Assembly (NCBI GenBank): GCA_017405765.1
Contig: JAFQZS010000005.1
Span: forward strand, 25,042 to 89,041
Origin: Clostridia bacterium
GTDB taxonomy: Bacteria > Bacillota > Clostridia > Oscillospirales > RGIG577
Reading direction: 5' to 3'
DNA: 64,000 bases
The position numbers and the translations under genes are program-made. How positions within the stretch are numbered: position 1 is the stretch's first letter; every line of letters starts with the position of its first letter. The notes beneath the pieces are model-generated. The model saw only the letters and a list, made by a program, of their open reading frames with translations. It searched no databases and had not been told where the DNA came from. Positions 1 to 9,619 of the stretch are shown piece by piece.

Positions 1-777
1 TTTGAAAATCGCAGAATCCTGTTTGATATACTCGACTACTGCAGGCAAAAGGGGATACCTACGGTTTTTTGGAACAAAGAAGACCCTATAGGCGCGCTCG
101 ACACGCGATTTGACTTCGCCGATACTGCGCTGCACTTTGACCACATATTTACTACGGCGCAGGAGAGTGTGGACGAATACCGCAGACGCGGCGGCGAGAG
201 CGTTCATGTTTTGCCTTTTATGGTAAACACGGCTGTATATTATCCCGATAACGAGATAAAAGACGACAATCGTGTGCTTTTTGCAGGCGCATGGTATGAC
301 GACTTGCCGAGGCGCTGCCGAGATACGCGCGCTTTGTTTGATTATGTGCTTTCTTTGGGCATGGATCTGGATATTTACGACAGGCATTCGGAAAGCGTAG
401 AGGAACGATTTAAGTTTCCCGAAGAATACAGAGAGTATATACATAAGTCGATCCCGACAGACCGCGTTCCGGCTCTTATGCGTAAGTACAGTAAAGCGAT
501 AAACGTAAACACGATAACTGATTCAAAGACGATGTTTTCACGCCGCGCACTGCAGCTTGCGGCGTGCGGACTGAGTGTAATAAGCAATCCGTCGGAGGCT
601 ATGCAGCGCGCTCTGGGCGGGCGAAAAGTTACTGCACCGAACGGCGAATTTCTATTGTCTATTGAGGCAAATTCGGAGATGGTGCGAAGAGAGCACGCGG
701 CTTCAAAAGCGTTTGACTATGTGTTAAACACGCTTTTGAAGGAGGGCGTTTCTATACCCGAGGAAGTGTATGCATAG
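1..777 (+). CDS. CgeB-like glycosyltransferase, C-terminal part (gene truncated by the window start)
   Basis: Frame 1 is open from base 1 (FENRRILFDILDYCRQKGIPTVFWNKEDP...), so tracked ORF 169..777 is only the tail. The motifs FWNKEDP, VLFAGAWY and NVNT.TDS.TMFSRR parallel FYSKEDPPN, VLF[AS]GSW and N[IL]NSV.DS.TMF in the two downstream paralogous modules. Confidence 0.6.
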   Translation, partial: FENRRILFDILDYCRQKGIPTVFWNKEDPIGALDTRFDFADTALHFDHIFTTAQESVDEYRRRGGESVHVLPFMVNTAVYYPDNEIKDDNRVLFAGAWYDDLPRRCRDTRALFDYVLSLGMDLDIYDRHSESVEERFKFPEEYREYIHKSIPTDRVPALMRKYSKAINVNTITDSKTMFSRRALQLAACGLSVISNPSEAMQRALGGRKVTAPNGEFLLSIEANSEMVRREHAASKAFDYVLNTLLKEGVSIPEEVYA

Positions 778-2309
778 TGGATATTATCCGAAAGTTATAC
801 AGATCTTTTAAGAAAACTATATACTGTGTACGAAGGTTTTTCGTGCTGAAAATGCGTGATGAAACGGAGTATGCGCGCCTTTTGGAGAATCGGGAAAACT
901 TCCTGACAAGTAACGGCTCGCGTTTTTATGAGCGATCGACTTACAATATCGGTATCGTTGCCGACAGATTTATATACGACGGATATAAAGACACATGCAC
1001 TCTTAGGTATCTCACTCCCGATTGGGACGAAAACGACCTTGCCGATTTAGACCTTTTGCTTATCGTTTCGTCATGGCAGGGGTTGTCAGGCGAGTGGAAA
1101 GGCGTTACTTGGGAAGGCTCGAAACAGATGGAGAGACTTGCCGAGCTTATGCGCGCCGCGAAAAACAGAAAAATACGAACGGCATTTTATTCAAAGGAAG
1201 ATCCGCCGAATTTCAGTGTATTTTTGACATTTGCGAAGGAAGCGGAGATAATTTTCACGTCAGCAGAGGAATGCATTCCGAAATATAAAAAAGAATGCGG
1301 ACACGATAATGTGCATCTGCTGAGATTTGCGGTGAATCCGCATCTTTACAATCCCATCGGGATGTATAATTCAGACAGGGACAGAGACACTGTGCTTTTT
1401 GCCGGTTCATGGATCAAAAAGTACCCGCAGCGTATGCGCGAACAGGATATGCTGTTTGGGCTTATAACAAAAAACGGACTGAAGCTGCACATTTTAGACA
1501 GAAATGACAACCGAGGCGAGCTTACATATGAATATCCGATGCGGTGGCAGAAATACGTTATGCCGGCGGTAAAATATGACGACTTGCCTTATATATATAA
1601 GCAGCATGGATGGATCCTGAACTTAAATTCGGTCTATGACAGCCGCACGATGTTTTCTATGCGCGCTTATGATGCGCTTGCATGCGGATGCCTTGTCCTT
1701 TCTAATCCAAGCGAGGGCATGGAGCTTACGCTTCCCGAAGTGCTTGTAGTAAGAAATGAAGATGATTTTCATATTGTGACCGCGATGAGCGAGGACGAAA
1801 AGGAGTCTTTGAGGCTTGCCGGCATATCGAGAGTCATGAATGGAAATACAACATACGATCGCATGGAGTATATACTTGAAAAATGCGGTCTGGACGTTAG
1901 TCCGACCAAGAGAACGGCTGCGGTGATCGCGCTCGGCAGCGATGAAGAGATAAAGCGCCTTAGAGAGCAGTTTGATGCGCAGACATATCCCGATAAAATT
2001 TTTCTTACTCTAAAAGAAATCACATCAAGAAGCGGTGGATATGACGCCTTTGCGTTTTGGGGCGGCGGCTTAAATTACGGGGCGTACTATCTTGAAGATA
2101 TGATGAACGCCTTCAAGTACACGTTGTGTTCGTATGTGACGGTTAAAAACAGAGACGGCCATTCTTATACGGATACGGCGGAAGATATTTATAAAACAGT
2201 ATTTTGGGGCGCATGTTTTTCTCCCGACGAAGCTCTGAAGCTGTCACGTCAGGGAGTACATGCCGAAGGCGGATATGTTGTGCCGATAAACTATATAAAA
2301 GATATATGA
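777..2309 (+). CDS. CgeB-like (DUF3880 / Glyco_trans_1_2-type) glycosyltransferase
   Basis: 510 aa with FYSKEDPPNF, FTSAEECIPKYKKECGHDNV, VLFAGSW and LNLNSVYDSRTMFSMRAYDALACG. It is collinear with residues ~190-665 of the 1131-aa protein at 4401, including the YYLEDMMNAFKYT region. The GTG start overlaps the previous stop (ATAGTG); an alternative ATG lies at 852. Confidence 0.65.
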   Translation: MDIIRKLYRSFKKTIYCVRRFFVLKMRDETEYARLLENRENFLTSNGSRFYERSTYNIGIVADRFIYDGYKDTCTLRYLTPDWDENDLADLDLLLIVSSWQGLSGEWKGVTWEGSKQMERLAELMRAAKNRKIRTAFYSKEDPPNFSVFLTFAKEAEIIFTSAEECIPKYKKECGHDNVHLLRFAVNPHLYNPIGMYNSDRDRDTVLFAGSWIKKYPQRMREQDMLFGLITKNGLKLHILDRNDNRGELTYEYPMRWQKYVMPAVKYDDLPYIYKQHGWILNLNSVYDSRTMFSMRAYDALACGCLVLSNPSEGMELTLPEVLVVRNEDDFHIVTAMSEDEKESLRLAGISRVMNGNTTYDRMEYILEKCGLDVSPTKRTAAVIALGSDEEIKRLREQFDAQTYPDKIFLTLKEITSRSGGYDAFAFWGGGLNYGAYYLEDMMNAFKYTLCSYVTVKNRDGHSYTDTAEDIYKTVFWGACFSPDEALKLSRQGVHAEGGYVVPINYIKDI

Positions 2310-2322
2310 GTGAAATCAAATT

Positions 2323-3138
2323 ATGGGATATTTTAAATTTTTAAAAGAATCTACGCTTGATATTTTCCGCAACATGCGGCGAATATGGTCGCTTGCGGTA
2401 TTTGAATATAAAAGAGCCAATACCGATATGTTTTTGGGCGGGCTTTGGAAGTTTTTATCCCCGCTTTTGCAGATAGGCGTGTATTGGGTCGTTTTTGGAA
2501 TAGGGTTGAGGAATAATTCCGATATGAACGGGTTCCCGTTTGTGCTTTGGCTCACCTGCGGCCTTACGCCGTGGCTTATGATGAATCAGGGCGTGAATAC
2601 AGGCGCGGCGTCTGTCTTCAGAAAGGCGGGACTTCTTACAAAGTCGAATTTAAAAATGTCTATGATACCCGTAAGTTCGGTGCTGTCGGCGATCTTGAAT
2701 CAGATATGGACGGTGCTTATTCTGTTTGCAATATTTCTCCTTACGGGAGGCAGGATCTGGTGGACGTGCCTTGACCTGATATACTACGTTGTGTTCATGT
2801 TCGTGTTCGTGTCTGCTCTTTCTCAGGTCACGGCGGCATTTGTTGTGCTTGCGCGTGATTTTCAGAAGGTAGTGCAGAATGCAATGCGATTTCTGTTTTT
2901 CTTAAGCCCTATATTTTGGGAGGCTAATCCCAATATGCCATATGTGTTCCAGGTTTTTGACAAACTCAATCCTTTCGCATATGTTATAAGAGGCTTCAGG
3001 AACGCCATGCTCTATCACGTGCCGTTTTGGCACGAGATGAAGCTCGTCTGCGCATTCTGGCTGGCCGCAATAATTCTTCATATGATCGGCATTGCGCTTC
3101 AGATGAGGCTTCGCAACAACGTATTGGATTACGTATAA
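2323..3138 (+). CDS. ABC-2 type polysaccharide/teichoic-acid exporter permease (Wzm/TagG/KpsM-like)
   Basis: 271 aa, polytopic and hydrophobic (about 6 TM). Family-typical stretches include GGLWKFLSPLLQIGVYWVVFG and LNPFAYVIRGFRNA. It sits directly upstream of its ATPase partner. Confidence 0.8.
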   Translation: MGYFKFLKESTLDIFRNMRRIWSLAVFEYKRANTDMFLGGLWKFLSPLLQIGVYWVVFGIGLRNNSDMNGFPFVLWLTCGLTPWLMMNQGVNTGAASVFRKAGLLTKSNLKMSMIPVSSVLSAILNQIWTVLILFAIFLLTGGRIWWTCLDLIYYVVFMFVFVSALSQVTAAFVVLARDFQKVVQNAMRFLFFLSPIFWEANPNMPYVFQVFDKLNPFAYVIRGFRNAMLYHVPFWHEMKLVCAFWLAAIILHMIGIALQMRLRNNVLDYV

Positions 3139-3148
3139 GGATTATATT

Positions 3149-4303
3149 ATGGACGAATATGTAATAACAGCAAAAAATATTGAAAAAGAATATAAAATAT
3201 ATAGTAAAAAATCGCAGAAGTATCTTGATTTTTTTCTGCCGAAATCCTTTGGCACATCATTTTATGCGCTTGACAACGTTTCCTTTAATGTAAAAAAAGG
3301 GGAGTCGCTTGCGCTTATCGGTCTAAACGGCAGCGGGAAAACGACGTTGGCAAATATACTTGCAGGTGCGGCGGAGGTGTCGGGCGGAGAGCTTGAGACA
3401 AAGGGCAAGGTATCTATGATAGCCGTAAACGCGGGCGTCGATCAGTTTCTTACCGGTATGGACAACATAGTCCAAAAGGGCCTCATGCTCGGCCTGGATC
3501 ACAAACAGATACAGGAGCGCATACCCGAGATACTGGAATTTGCCGACCTGGGAGACTTTATCCATCAGCAGGTAAAGACATATTCGAGCGGTATGAGGGC
3601 AAGGCTCGGATTTGCCATTTCGATAAATATAGACCCCGATATAATGATAATAGACGAGGCGCTTTCCGTGGGCGACCCCACGTTTACTGAAAAATGTCTT
3701 GCGAAGATGAATGAATTCAGAAAAAACGGTAAGACGATAATATTTGTGAGCCATTCGATACCTCAGGTGCGAATGTTTTGCGATACGGCGCTGTGGCTTG
3801 AAGGAGGAAGAGTTAGAGAAGCGGGAAACTGCATGGACGTTACGTCGAAATATGTAAAGTTTGTACGCGATTTCAACTCGCTTGATAACGCCACGAGAAA
3901 AAAATACGTAAACAGCATTCGTGAGCGTCAGAGAAGAAAGGGCGACGGCGCGGTCGCAAAAGAGATACTCGAAAGCATGGAGGGCAAAGTCGAAGAAGGC
4001 GATATCACGGAGGCAAATCCCGAGGCTTACGTTGATATACCGGAATACGAGCTCGAGCTTGAGCATAAGGATAACGGAGAGCTCGTGATGCGGGCGGCGG
4101 GCGAACGCTGCGACAGCGTGCGCTTTGCCTGGTATATATATAAAAAAGGAGAGAAGAACCCGACAGTCAAAATGCCATACAAGTATGAACAGGAGAGCAC
4201 ATATACATTTGAAGAATCCGGAACATACAGGGCAAGGCTTTTCCTTTTGGCAAACGGCGAGATCAATATGATCACATCCGATTGGTTTGAGGTGGAGTTG
4301 TAA
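3149..4303 (+). CDS. ABC exporter ATP-binding protein (Wzt/TagH/KpsT-like) with a C-terminal extension ending in the shared module
   Basis: Walker A GLNGSGKTT, signature YSSGMRARLGFA, Walker B IMIIDEALSVGD and H-loop FVSHS. About 135 extra C-terminal residues end in RFAWYIYKKG...SGTYRARLF. SD AAGGA lies upstream. Confidence 0.85.
   Translation: MDEYVITAKNIEKEYKIYSKKSQKYLDFFLPKSFGTSFYALDNVSFNVKKGESLALIGLNGSGKTTLANILAGAAEVSGGELETKGKVSMIAVNAGVDQFLTGMDNIVQKGLMLGLDHKQIQERIPEILEFADLGDFIHQQVKTYSSGMRARLGFAISINIDPDIMIIDEALSVGDPTFTEKCLAKMNEFRKNGKTIIFVSHSIPQVRMFCDTALWLEGGRVREAGNCMDVTSKYVKFVRDFNSLDNATRKKYVNSIRERQRRKGDGAVAKEILESMEGKVEEGDITEANPEAYVDIPEYELELEHKDNGELVMRAAGERCDSVRFAWYIYKKGEKNPTVKMPYKYEQESTYTFEESGTYRARLFLLANGEINMITSDWFEVEL
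4043..4300 (+). repeat. Shared protein module, copy A (tail of the ABC ATPase)
   Basis: RFAWYIYKKG -27 aa- GTYRARLF. Confidence 0.6.
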
Positions 4304-4400
4304 AGAAGGGTAATGTTTTCTTAATTAAAGAATACTGTCAACATTGAAAAAGTCTTATTAAACATACAATATTTTCTCATTATGTGTTAAGGAGAACGAT

Positions 4401-7400
4401 ATGTCTTATAACGAAAACGATACCATTAATAAAACGGAAGTCGAATCAGGCAATGAACGCAATATGCAGAGTATTTCTTCGGAAGAAAAAGAACTTGACA
4501 CTTTAAGAAACGCCTACGCCGAGCTTTTAGATAAAATAAGCGCGCTTAACAACGAAAATTTGCGTATGCAGGCGCAGCTTAAAAAATCAGATGCACAGAT
4601 GAGAAAACTGCTCGATGAGAACGGCCGTATTAAGAAGCGTCTGTCGCAGGAAAAGGCTGCTGCGGAAAAAAATCTGCGCCGCTATGAGCAGGTCAATGCA
4701 AAATATGAAGCGCTTGCGAACTCGAAGCTTGGCAGGCTTACCTTGAACCATTGGGCGAAGCAGTCAAAAAAGAAAGGCGCAGGCAAGGGGATAGCAGGAC
4801 TTCCCGCAGTGGAGAAGTATTTTGATAAGCTGCCGACTGCGCAGGAGCTTGATCCGGAAATTGCTGCCTTGGATGAAGTTCCTGTAAGCGCGGACGACGC
4901 CAATATAGACAGAAATGCGCTTGAAACTTGGGTATATAAATATGATGAGGCGATAGAAGCACTGCCGGACAGCAACGGCATACGATATTACAATAAGGCG
5001 CAGTGCAGTATAGGAATTATTGCGGACGAGTTTTTTTACGAGTCCATAAGCGACGCGGCCGATTTCGTTTATGTTACGCCCGAAAACTATGAGAGCGTTA
5101 TAGCGGGAAAAGAAATCGACGTCTTGCTTTTTGTATCTGCTTGGCGCGGGCTTAACAATGAGTGGACAGGCATGGCTCAGTTAAACTCCAATCGGCGCAG
5201 CGTTGCCCTTGACCTTATTGCAAAGTGTAAAGAAAACGCCATACCGACCATATTCTACTCAAAAGAGGATCCGCCAAACTACGAGCGGTTTATTGAATAT
5301 GCAAAGCAGTGCGACTGTGTTTTCACGTCCGCATCGGAATGTATACCGTATTACAAAGAAGATTGCGGGCATGACAGAGTATATGAGCTTATGTTCGGTA
5401 TAGATCCCGCCGTACATAATCCCATAGGATTCTATAAAGAAGAAAAAGATAAAACCGTGCTCTTTTCCGGTTCGTGGATGGAGAAGTATCCCAATAGATG
5501 CAGGGAGCTTTCTTTGATATTTAACGGTATACTGCGCTCGGATTATGACCTCCATATAGTTGACCGTAATTACGGCAATGAAAGGTATCAATATCCGCCG
5601 CAGTACAATCGCTATGCATCTCCCGCCGTAGATCATAAAAAACTTCAGAAGCTGCACAAGCAGTTTGACTGGGCCGTAAACATCAATTCCGTAACGGACA
5701 GCGAAACAATGTTCGCAAACCGCACGTTTGAGCTTCAGGCTGCGGGCGTACTTCTTTTATCAAATTACAGTGTCGGCGTAAACAATGTGCACCCGACGGT
5801 GTTCATGGCTCATGAATCGCTTGAAGTCGATAAGATACTGCAAGGATTTACGGATGAGGAGCGTTACGAACATCAGATCGCGGGCATACGCTCCGTTATG
5901 ACAGGGCATACATGCTTTGACAGGATCGAGTCGTTATTGGCGCCTATAGGTATAGACGCCGCTCAACCCAAAAGAAAGATACTTGTAATTGCACAAACGC
6001 TTGACGACGGCGTTAAGGCGTCGTTTGAGCGTCAGACGTATGAGAACAAAACGCTTATGCTGCAGTCAGAAATAAACGGCGAAGTTTTATCGCAGTATGA
6101 TATGGTAACATGGTTCGACGCCGGCGCATATTACGGAGAGTTTTATCTTGAGGATATGATAAACGCCTTTAAGTATACGGCCTGCGACTATATTACGAAG
6201 GACGCATATTTTAAGGACGATATATTGAATGCAGGCACAGAACATAATTATGTAAATAAAATGCGCAGTGCTTACCGCACCGTATTCTGGCGTGAAGCGT
6301 TCGATTCAGAATTTTTCTTAAGCGTACCCTCCGAGTGCGAGCTGCCAGGCGGATATTCTATAGACCGCTTTTCTTACCGCGAAGGCGCGCACGAGACGCC
6401 TGTCCGCGAAAAACCGTATCTTTTATCGGTGATAATTCCTGTATACAATAACGGCGCGCACCTTTACGGCAAGTGCTTTGCAAGCCTTAGACGCAGTTCG
6501 ATGTTTGACGACATGGAGATAATAATGGTGGACGACGGCTCCACCGATGAGCGGACATTGAAAATTGAAACGTATCTTTCCGACCGATATGCGAATGTAA
6601 AAAGATATGCCTTTGAAGACGGCGGAAGCGGTTCGGCTTCCCGTCCCAGAAATAAAGGCGTTGAGCTTGCTTCGGCTGAGCATATCACTTTTTTGGACCC
6701 CGACAACGAGGCTATTGATGACGGTTACGCTCAGCTTTATACATATGTGTGTGATGAAAACCTTGACATAGCGTTCGGAAATATATATCGCTGCACAGAA
6801 AAAACGCAGTTGTTTAATTATTATTACAATATCGGCAGACGCGCGGGAACGACCTTCTTTGAGCATGGGCTTAAGGAATATATGGCTCGCACCGATTTTT
6901 ATGCGGTCAGCATTCAGGCCATGATAATACGCCGTGAGATCATTATGAAAAACGGTTTTGAACAGGTGCCGGGCGCAGCCGGTCAGGATACGCTCTTCTG
7001 CTGGCAGCTTTTCTCTTGCGCAGACAGAATACGCGCTTTGGAGTTTCCAATACATATATACTATGCGCAGACGAGCGGTTCGGTAACCAATGCCGTAAGT
7101 ACGAAGTTCTTTGATAAGCTTATGCTGCTTCAGCAGCCAAAGATAGACTGGTTAATAAGTGAGAATCTATTAGAAGATTATATGCGTACGCGTCACGATA
7201 CATACGTTAAGGGTTGGATATTCCAGAAGCTGAGCCGTGCGAGAGAGGAAGAGCTGTGTACAAAGAAGGTCAAGGAAATACTGGATCTGTACGAACCGTA
7301 TTATAAGCGGACAGATGAGCTTATAAATGAGTTTATTAAGGATTGCGAAGACGAAAAGTATAACGATGCATTTTCGCTTGTAAAAAAAGAATTTGCAGAA

Positions 7401-7796
7401 ACCAAAAAACGTCCCATGCCTACGCTTGAGGAACTGACAGAACAGATAAAGGCAGATAAACAAAGGCAGAGCACGCCTAAACAGTTCGATATAAGATATA
7501 CGATAAACGGCAGCAAGGTAAGCCTTACTAATTTAAGCAGATCGAAAAAAGGCGCACAATATGCGTGGTCGGTGTTGTTTGATACTAAAACGTATAAAAA
7601 AGTATACGTATCAAAATATACAAACAGTAATAATTTTAGTTATGATTTTTCTGATCTGTCGGAGGGCAAGTATAAAATCAGAGCGTTTATAATGCGCGGC
7701 GGCGATAAAATATCTGAGGATACATTGTATATTACGCTTACGCATGATAGAATAATATTCGTAAACAAGAATTTATCATTAGCTGTCGAAGAGTAA
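4401..7796 (+). CDS. Multidomain glycosyltransferase: N-terminal coiled coil + CgeB-like GT module + GT2 (GT-A) module + C-terminal shared module
   Basis: 1131 aa. Res ~25-115 is a heptad-rich coiled coil (LDTLRNAYAELLDKISALNNENLRMQAQLKK...). The CgeB-like module has FYSKEDPPNY and VLFSGSW. The GT2 signature is SVIIPVYNNGAHL, IMVDDGSTD and FLDPDNE. The tail carries QYAWSV...GKYKIRAF. SD AAGGAG lies 8 nt upstream. Confidence 0.75.
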   Translation: MSYNENDTINKTEVESGNERNMQSISSEEKELDTLRNAYAELLDKISALNNENLRMQAQLKKSDAQMRKLLDENGRIKKRLSQEKAAAEKNLRRYEQVNAKYEALANSKLGRLTLNHWAKQSKKKGAGKGIAGLPAVEKYFDKLPTAQELDPEIAALDEVPVSADDANIDRNALETWVYKYDEAIEALPDSNGIRYYNKAQCSIGIIADEFFYESISDAADFVYVTPENYESVIAGKEIDVLLFVSAWRGLNNEWTGMAQLNSNRRSVALDLIAKCKENAIPTIFYSKEDPPNYERFIEYAKQCDCVFTSASECIPYYKEDCGHDRVYELMFGIDPAVHNPIGFYKEEKDKTVLFSGSWMEKYPNRCRELSLIFNGILRSDYDLHIVDRNYGNERYQYPPQYNRYASPAVDHKKLQKLHKQFDWAVNINSVTDSETMFANRTFELQAAGVLLLSNYSVGVNNVHPTVFMAHESLEVDKILQGFTDEERYEHQIAGIRSVMTGHTCFDRIESLLAPIGIDAAQPKRKILVIAQTLDDGVKASFERQTYENKTLMLQSEINGEVLSQYDMVTWFDAGAYYGEFYLEDMINAFKYTACDYITKDAYFKDDILNAGTEHNYVNKMRSAYRTVFWREAFDSEFFLSVPSECELPGGYSIDRFSYREGAHETPVREKPYLLSVIIPVYNNGAHLYGKCFASLRRSSMFDDMEIIMVDDGSTDERTLKIETYLSDRYANVKRYAFEDGGSGSASRPRNKGVELASAEHITFLDPDNEAIDDGYAQLYTYVCDENLDIAFGNIYRCTEKTQLFNYYYNIGRRAGTTFFEHGLKEYMARTDFYAVSIQAMIIRREIIMKNGFEQVPGAAGQDTLFCWQLFSCADRIRALEFPIHIYYAQTSGSVTNAVSTKFFDKLMLLQQPKIDWLISENLLEDYMRTRHDTYVKGWIFQKLSRAREEELCTKKVKEILDLYEPYYKRTDELINEFIKDCEDEKYNDAFSLVKKEFAETKKRPMPTLEELTEQIKADKQRQSTPKQFDIRYTINGSKVSLTNLSRSKKGAQYAWSVLFDTKTYKKVYVSKYTNSNNFSYDFSDLSEGKYKIRAFIMRGGDKISEDTLYITLTHDRIIFVNKNLSLAVEE
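7485..7739 (+). repeat. Shared protein module, copy B (tail of the 1131-aa glycosyltransferase)
   Basis: QYAWSVLFDT -30 aa- GKYKIRAF. Confidence 0.6.
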
Positions 7797-7814
7797 TTCT
7801 GAGAGGAGACTAAT

Positions 7815-8084
7815 ATGGAAATAAAAAGTATAGATGCGTTCGACCTGTTTCATAACGGTACGATCGTATTAAAAACCAATACAGAAGAGCTTTCCGAGGG
7901 GTATGTTTTCGCATGGCGCGTGATAAACAAAAAGAACGACAAAACGGTATTTAAAAGCGGATATATTTCCGATCCGTTTATATCATGTAAAATCAAAGGT
8001 TTTGGCGATTATACGATAACGGCATATGTCCTTAATGAGAAAAACGGCGAAAAAATAAGCGCTGAGACGGAGTTTACGGCAGAT
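7815..8084 (+). repeat. Shared protein module, copy C1 (stand-alone protein, first half)
   Basis: VFAWRVINKK -27 aa- GDYTITAY. Confidence 0.55.
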
Positions 8085-8390
8085 AAAAATACGTCGTACG
8101 CTCTTACGAGCGGATACAGTGAGATAGCGGAGATAGAGCCGATCGCTGAACATATAAGCGGACCGTTCTGGCGCTTTTCTCCGGATAGTGAACCGCCAAA
8201 GGACGCTCAATTTGCATGGTACATATATAAAAAAGGCGATGTCGATCCTATGCATAAGCAGATGTTTACCGAGTTTCCCACATATGAATACAAATTTACA
8301 CAGGAGGGAACGTACAGAGCAAAGCTGTTTATCAGCTTCAAAAAAGCAAAGCGCAGTGAGTTTTCGGATTGGTTTGACGTTGTGCTTTGA
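7815..8390 (+). CDS. Stand-alone protein made of two tandem copies of the shared module (no catalytic domain recognised)
   Basis: 191 aa. Copy 1 has YVFAWRVINKK...GDYTITAY and copy 2 has QFAWYIYKKG...GTYRAKLF. SD GAGGAG lies 7 nt upstream. No signal peptide or TM segment. Confidence 0.7.
   Translation: MEIKSIDAFDLFHNGTIVLKTNTEELSEGYVFAWRVINKKNDKTVFKSGYISDPFISCKIKGFGDYTITAYVLNEKNGEKISAETEFTADKNTSYALTSGYSEIAEIEPIAEHISGPFWRFSPDSEPPKDAQFAWYIYKKGDVDPMHKQMFTEFPTYEYKFTQEGTYRAKLFISFKKAKRSEFSDWFDVVL
8127..8387 (+). repeat. Shared protein module, copy C2 (stand-alone protein, second half)
   Basis: QFAWYIYKKG ... GTYRAKLF. The DNA core at 8211-8236 is 24/26 identical to 4124-4149. Confidence 0.6.
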
Positions 8391-8408
8391 TTTTGTTAGG
8401 AGTTAAGT

Positions 8409-9605
8409 ATGAAGTATCCCGTTAAAAGGCTTTCCGTGGAAGAACTCAACAAAGAACCCTTTTGCCCGGAACAGCCTACCATTTACGAAATCATCTGGGG
8501 AAAAACAAAATATGAGCTTCTCGTAAACTATGTACCCAATTCGCGAAAAATGGCAGCTTTCGGTACGGGCACGGTCAACAGGAACAGAGGTCTGCCTGAT
8601 TTTAAGCGCAACAGCTGGTACCCTGATATACCGGTCACCTCGATATGGTATGCCGACCCTACGCTTTACGAGGGGGAGTTGTCGCTTTACTGGTATTACG
8701 GCACCAACAAAAGATGGCATCTTAAGAATATTGCCTTCTTACTGGCTGCGATCGCAAAAAAGCATATGATCTCTTTGGAGGACTCTCTGTTTTTCGGTTC
8801 ATCGGGCGGGGGCTACTCTTCGCTCGTGCTTGCGACATTGCTTCACGGCAAGGCTTATGTAATAAATCCGCAGATATTTTTGGAAAATTATTTTGAGGCT
8901 CATTATAAAAAGTTCCTTGCAGACGTATTGTCAAAGGGCGAGAAGCCGGCAGAAGAACGCATAAGTATTATTTCTCTTTTTAAGGCTGAGCGTTATATAC
9001 CCAGAATACATTATGTACAGAACATGCAGTCCGTACATGATATACGTCTCCAGGTGACGCCGTTTCTTCGCGGAATATCCGAAGGAAATATGGACTGCAG
9101 CGATACTATAAGCATGGAGTTTTTCTATGCGGAGGGCGGTCATAACGCTATGCCCGACAAGGATCGTTCGCTTGTGCTGATAGCGCGCGGATTAGAGGAT
9201 AAGGCAACGGGCGTTGCGATAAACGCCGACGAGGAAAAGCATCAAAAGCTCACCTTCTTTGAACGAGTAAGCTGCGCGGATTTTAAAAATACGGGCACAT
9301 ATCTTCTGTTTGACGAGCTTGATGAATTCGGCGCAGTCTATAAGGGCGCGAAAACTGAGATATCGTCGGGAAATCTGTGTTATGATCTTGCGATCCCGAA
9401 ACGATCTGTGTCGGGATATACGTTTTCATATTATCTAATGGCAGACAAAGTAACGGCGGCCAAGCTTCCATATTCGGACAGCACAAAGGCGGAGTTTAAA
9501 CTTCTGTCGCCGGGACGATACAAGATAAAATGCTTTGTGCTGAAAGATGACGCAAAGCTTTCATTCGTATCAGACGAGATAACAGTCAAATCAACTGACG
9601 TTTAA
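8409..9605 (+). CDS. Alpha/beta-hydrolase-fold protein (putative glycan esterase/acyltransferase) with C-terminal shared module, paralog 1
   Basis: 398 aa with nucleophile elbow FFGSSGGGYSS and a candidate catalytic His in YAEGGHNAMPDK. It is ~55-60% identical by eye to the next gene over the catalytic part. SD AGGAG upstream. No signal peptide. Confidence 0.6.
   Translation: MKYPVKRLSVEELNKEPFCPEQPTIYEIIWGKTKYELLVNYVPNSRKMAAFGTGTVNRNRGLPDFKRNSWYPDIPVTSIWYADPTLYEGELSLYWYYGTNKRWHLKNIAFLLAAIAKKHMISLEDSLFFGSSGGGYSSLVLATLLHGKAYVINPQIFLENYFEAHYKKFLADVLSKGEKPAEERISIISLFKAERYIPRIHYVQNMQSVHDIRLQVTPFLRGISEGNMDCSDTISMEFFYAEGGHNAMPDKDRSLVLIARGLEDKATGVAINADEEKHQKLTFFERVSCADFKNTGTYLLFDELDEFGAVYKGAKTEISSGNLCYDLAIPKRSVSGYTFSYYLMADKVTAAKLPYSDSTKAEFKLLSPGRYKIKCFVLKDDAKLSFVSDEITVKSTDV
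9345..9602 (+). repeat. Shared protein module, copy D (tail of hydrolase paralog 1)
   Basis: TFSYYLMAD -25 aa- GRYKIKCF. Confidence 0.55.
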
Positions 9606-9619
9606 AAAGGAGTAGTTCT

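Noticed and set aside
3323-4066. 247-aa minus-strand ORF inside the ABC ATPase gene
   Set aside because: It is fully antisense to a gene with complete Walker/signature motifs. Its translation is low-complexity (Arg/Leu/Tyr/Phe-rich) with no motif and no SD.
4344-4370. Internal promoter TTGAAA...TACAAT between the ATPase gene and the large GT gene
   Set aside because: The spacer is only 15 nt and no terminator precedes it. It is not convincing enough to annotate.
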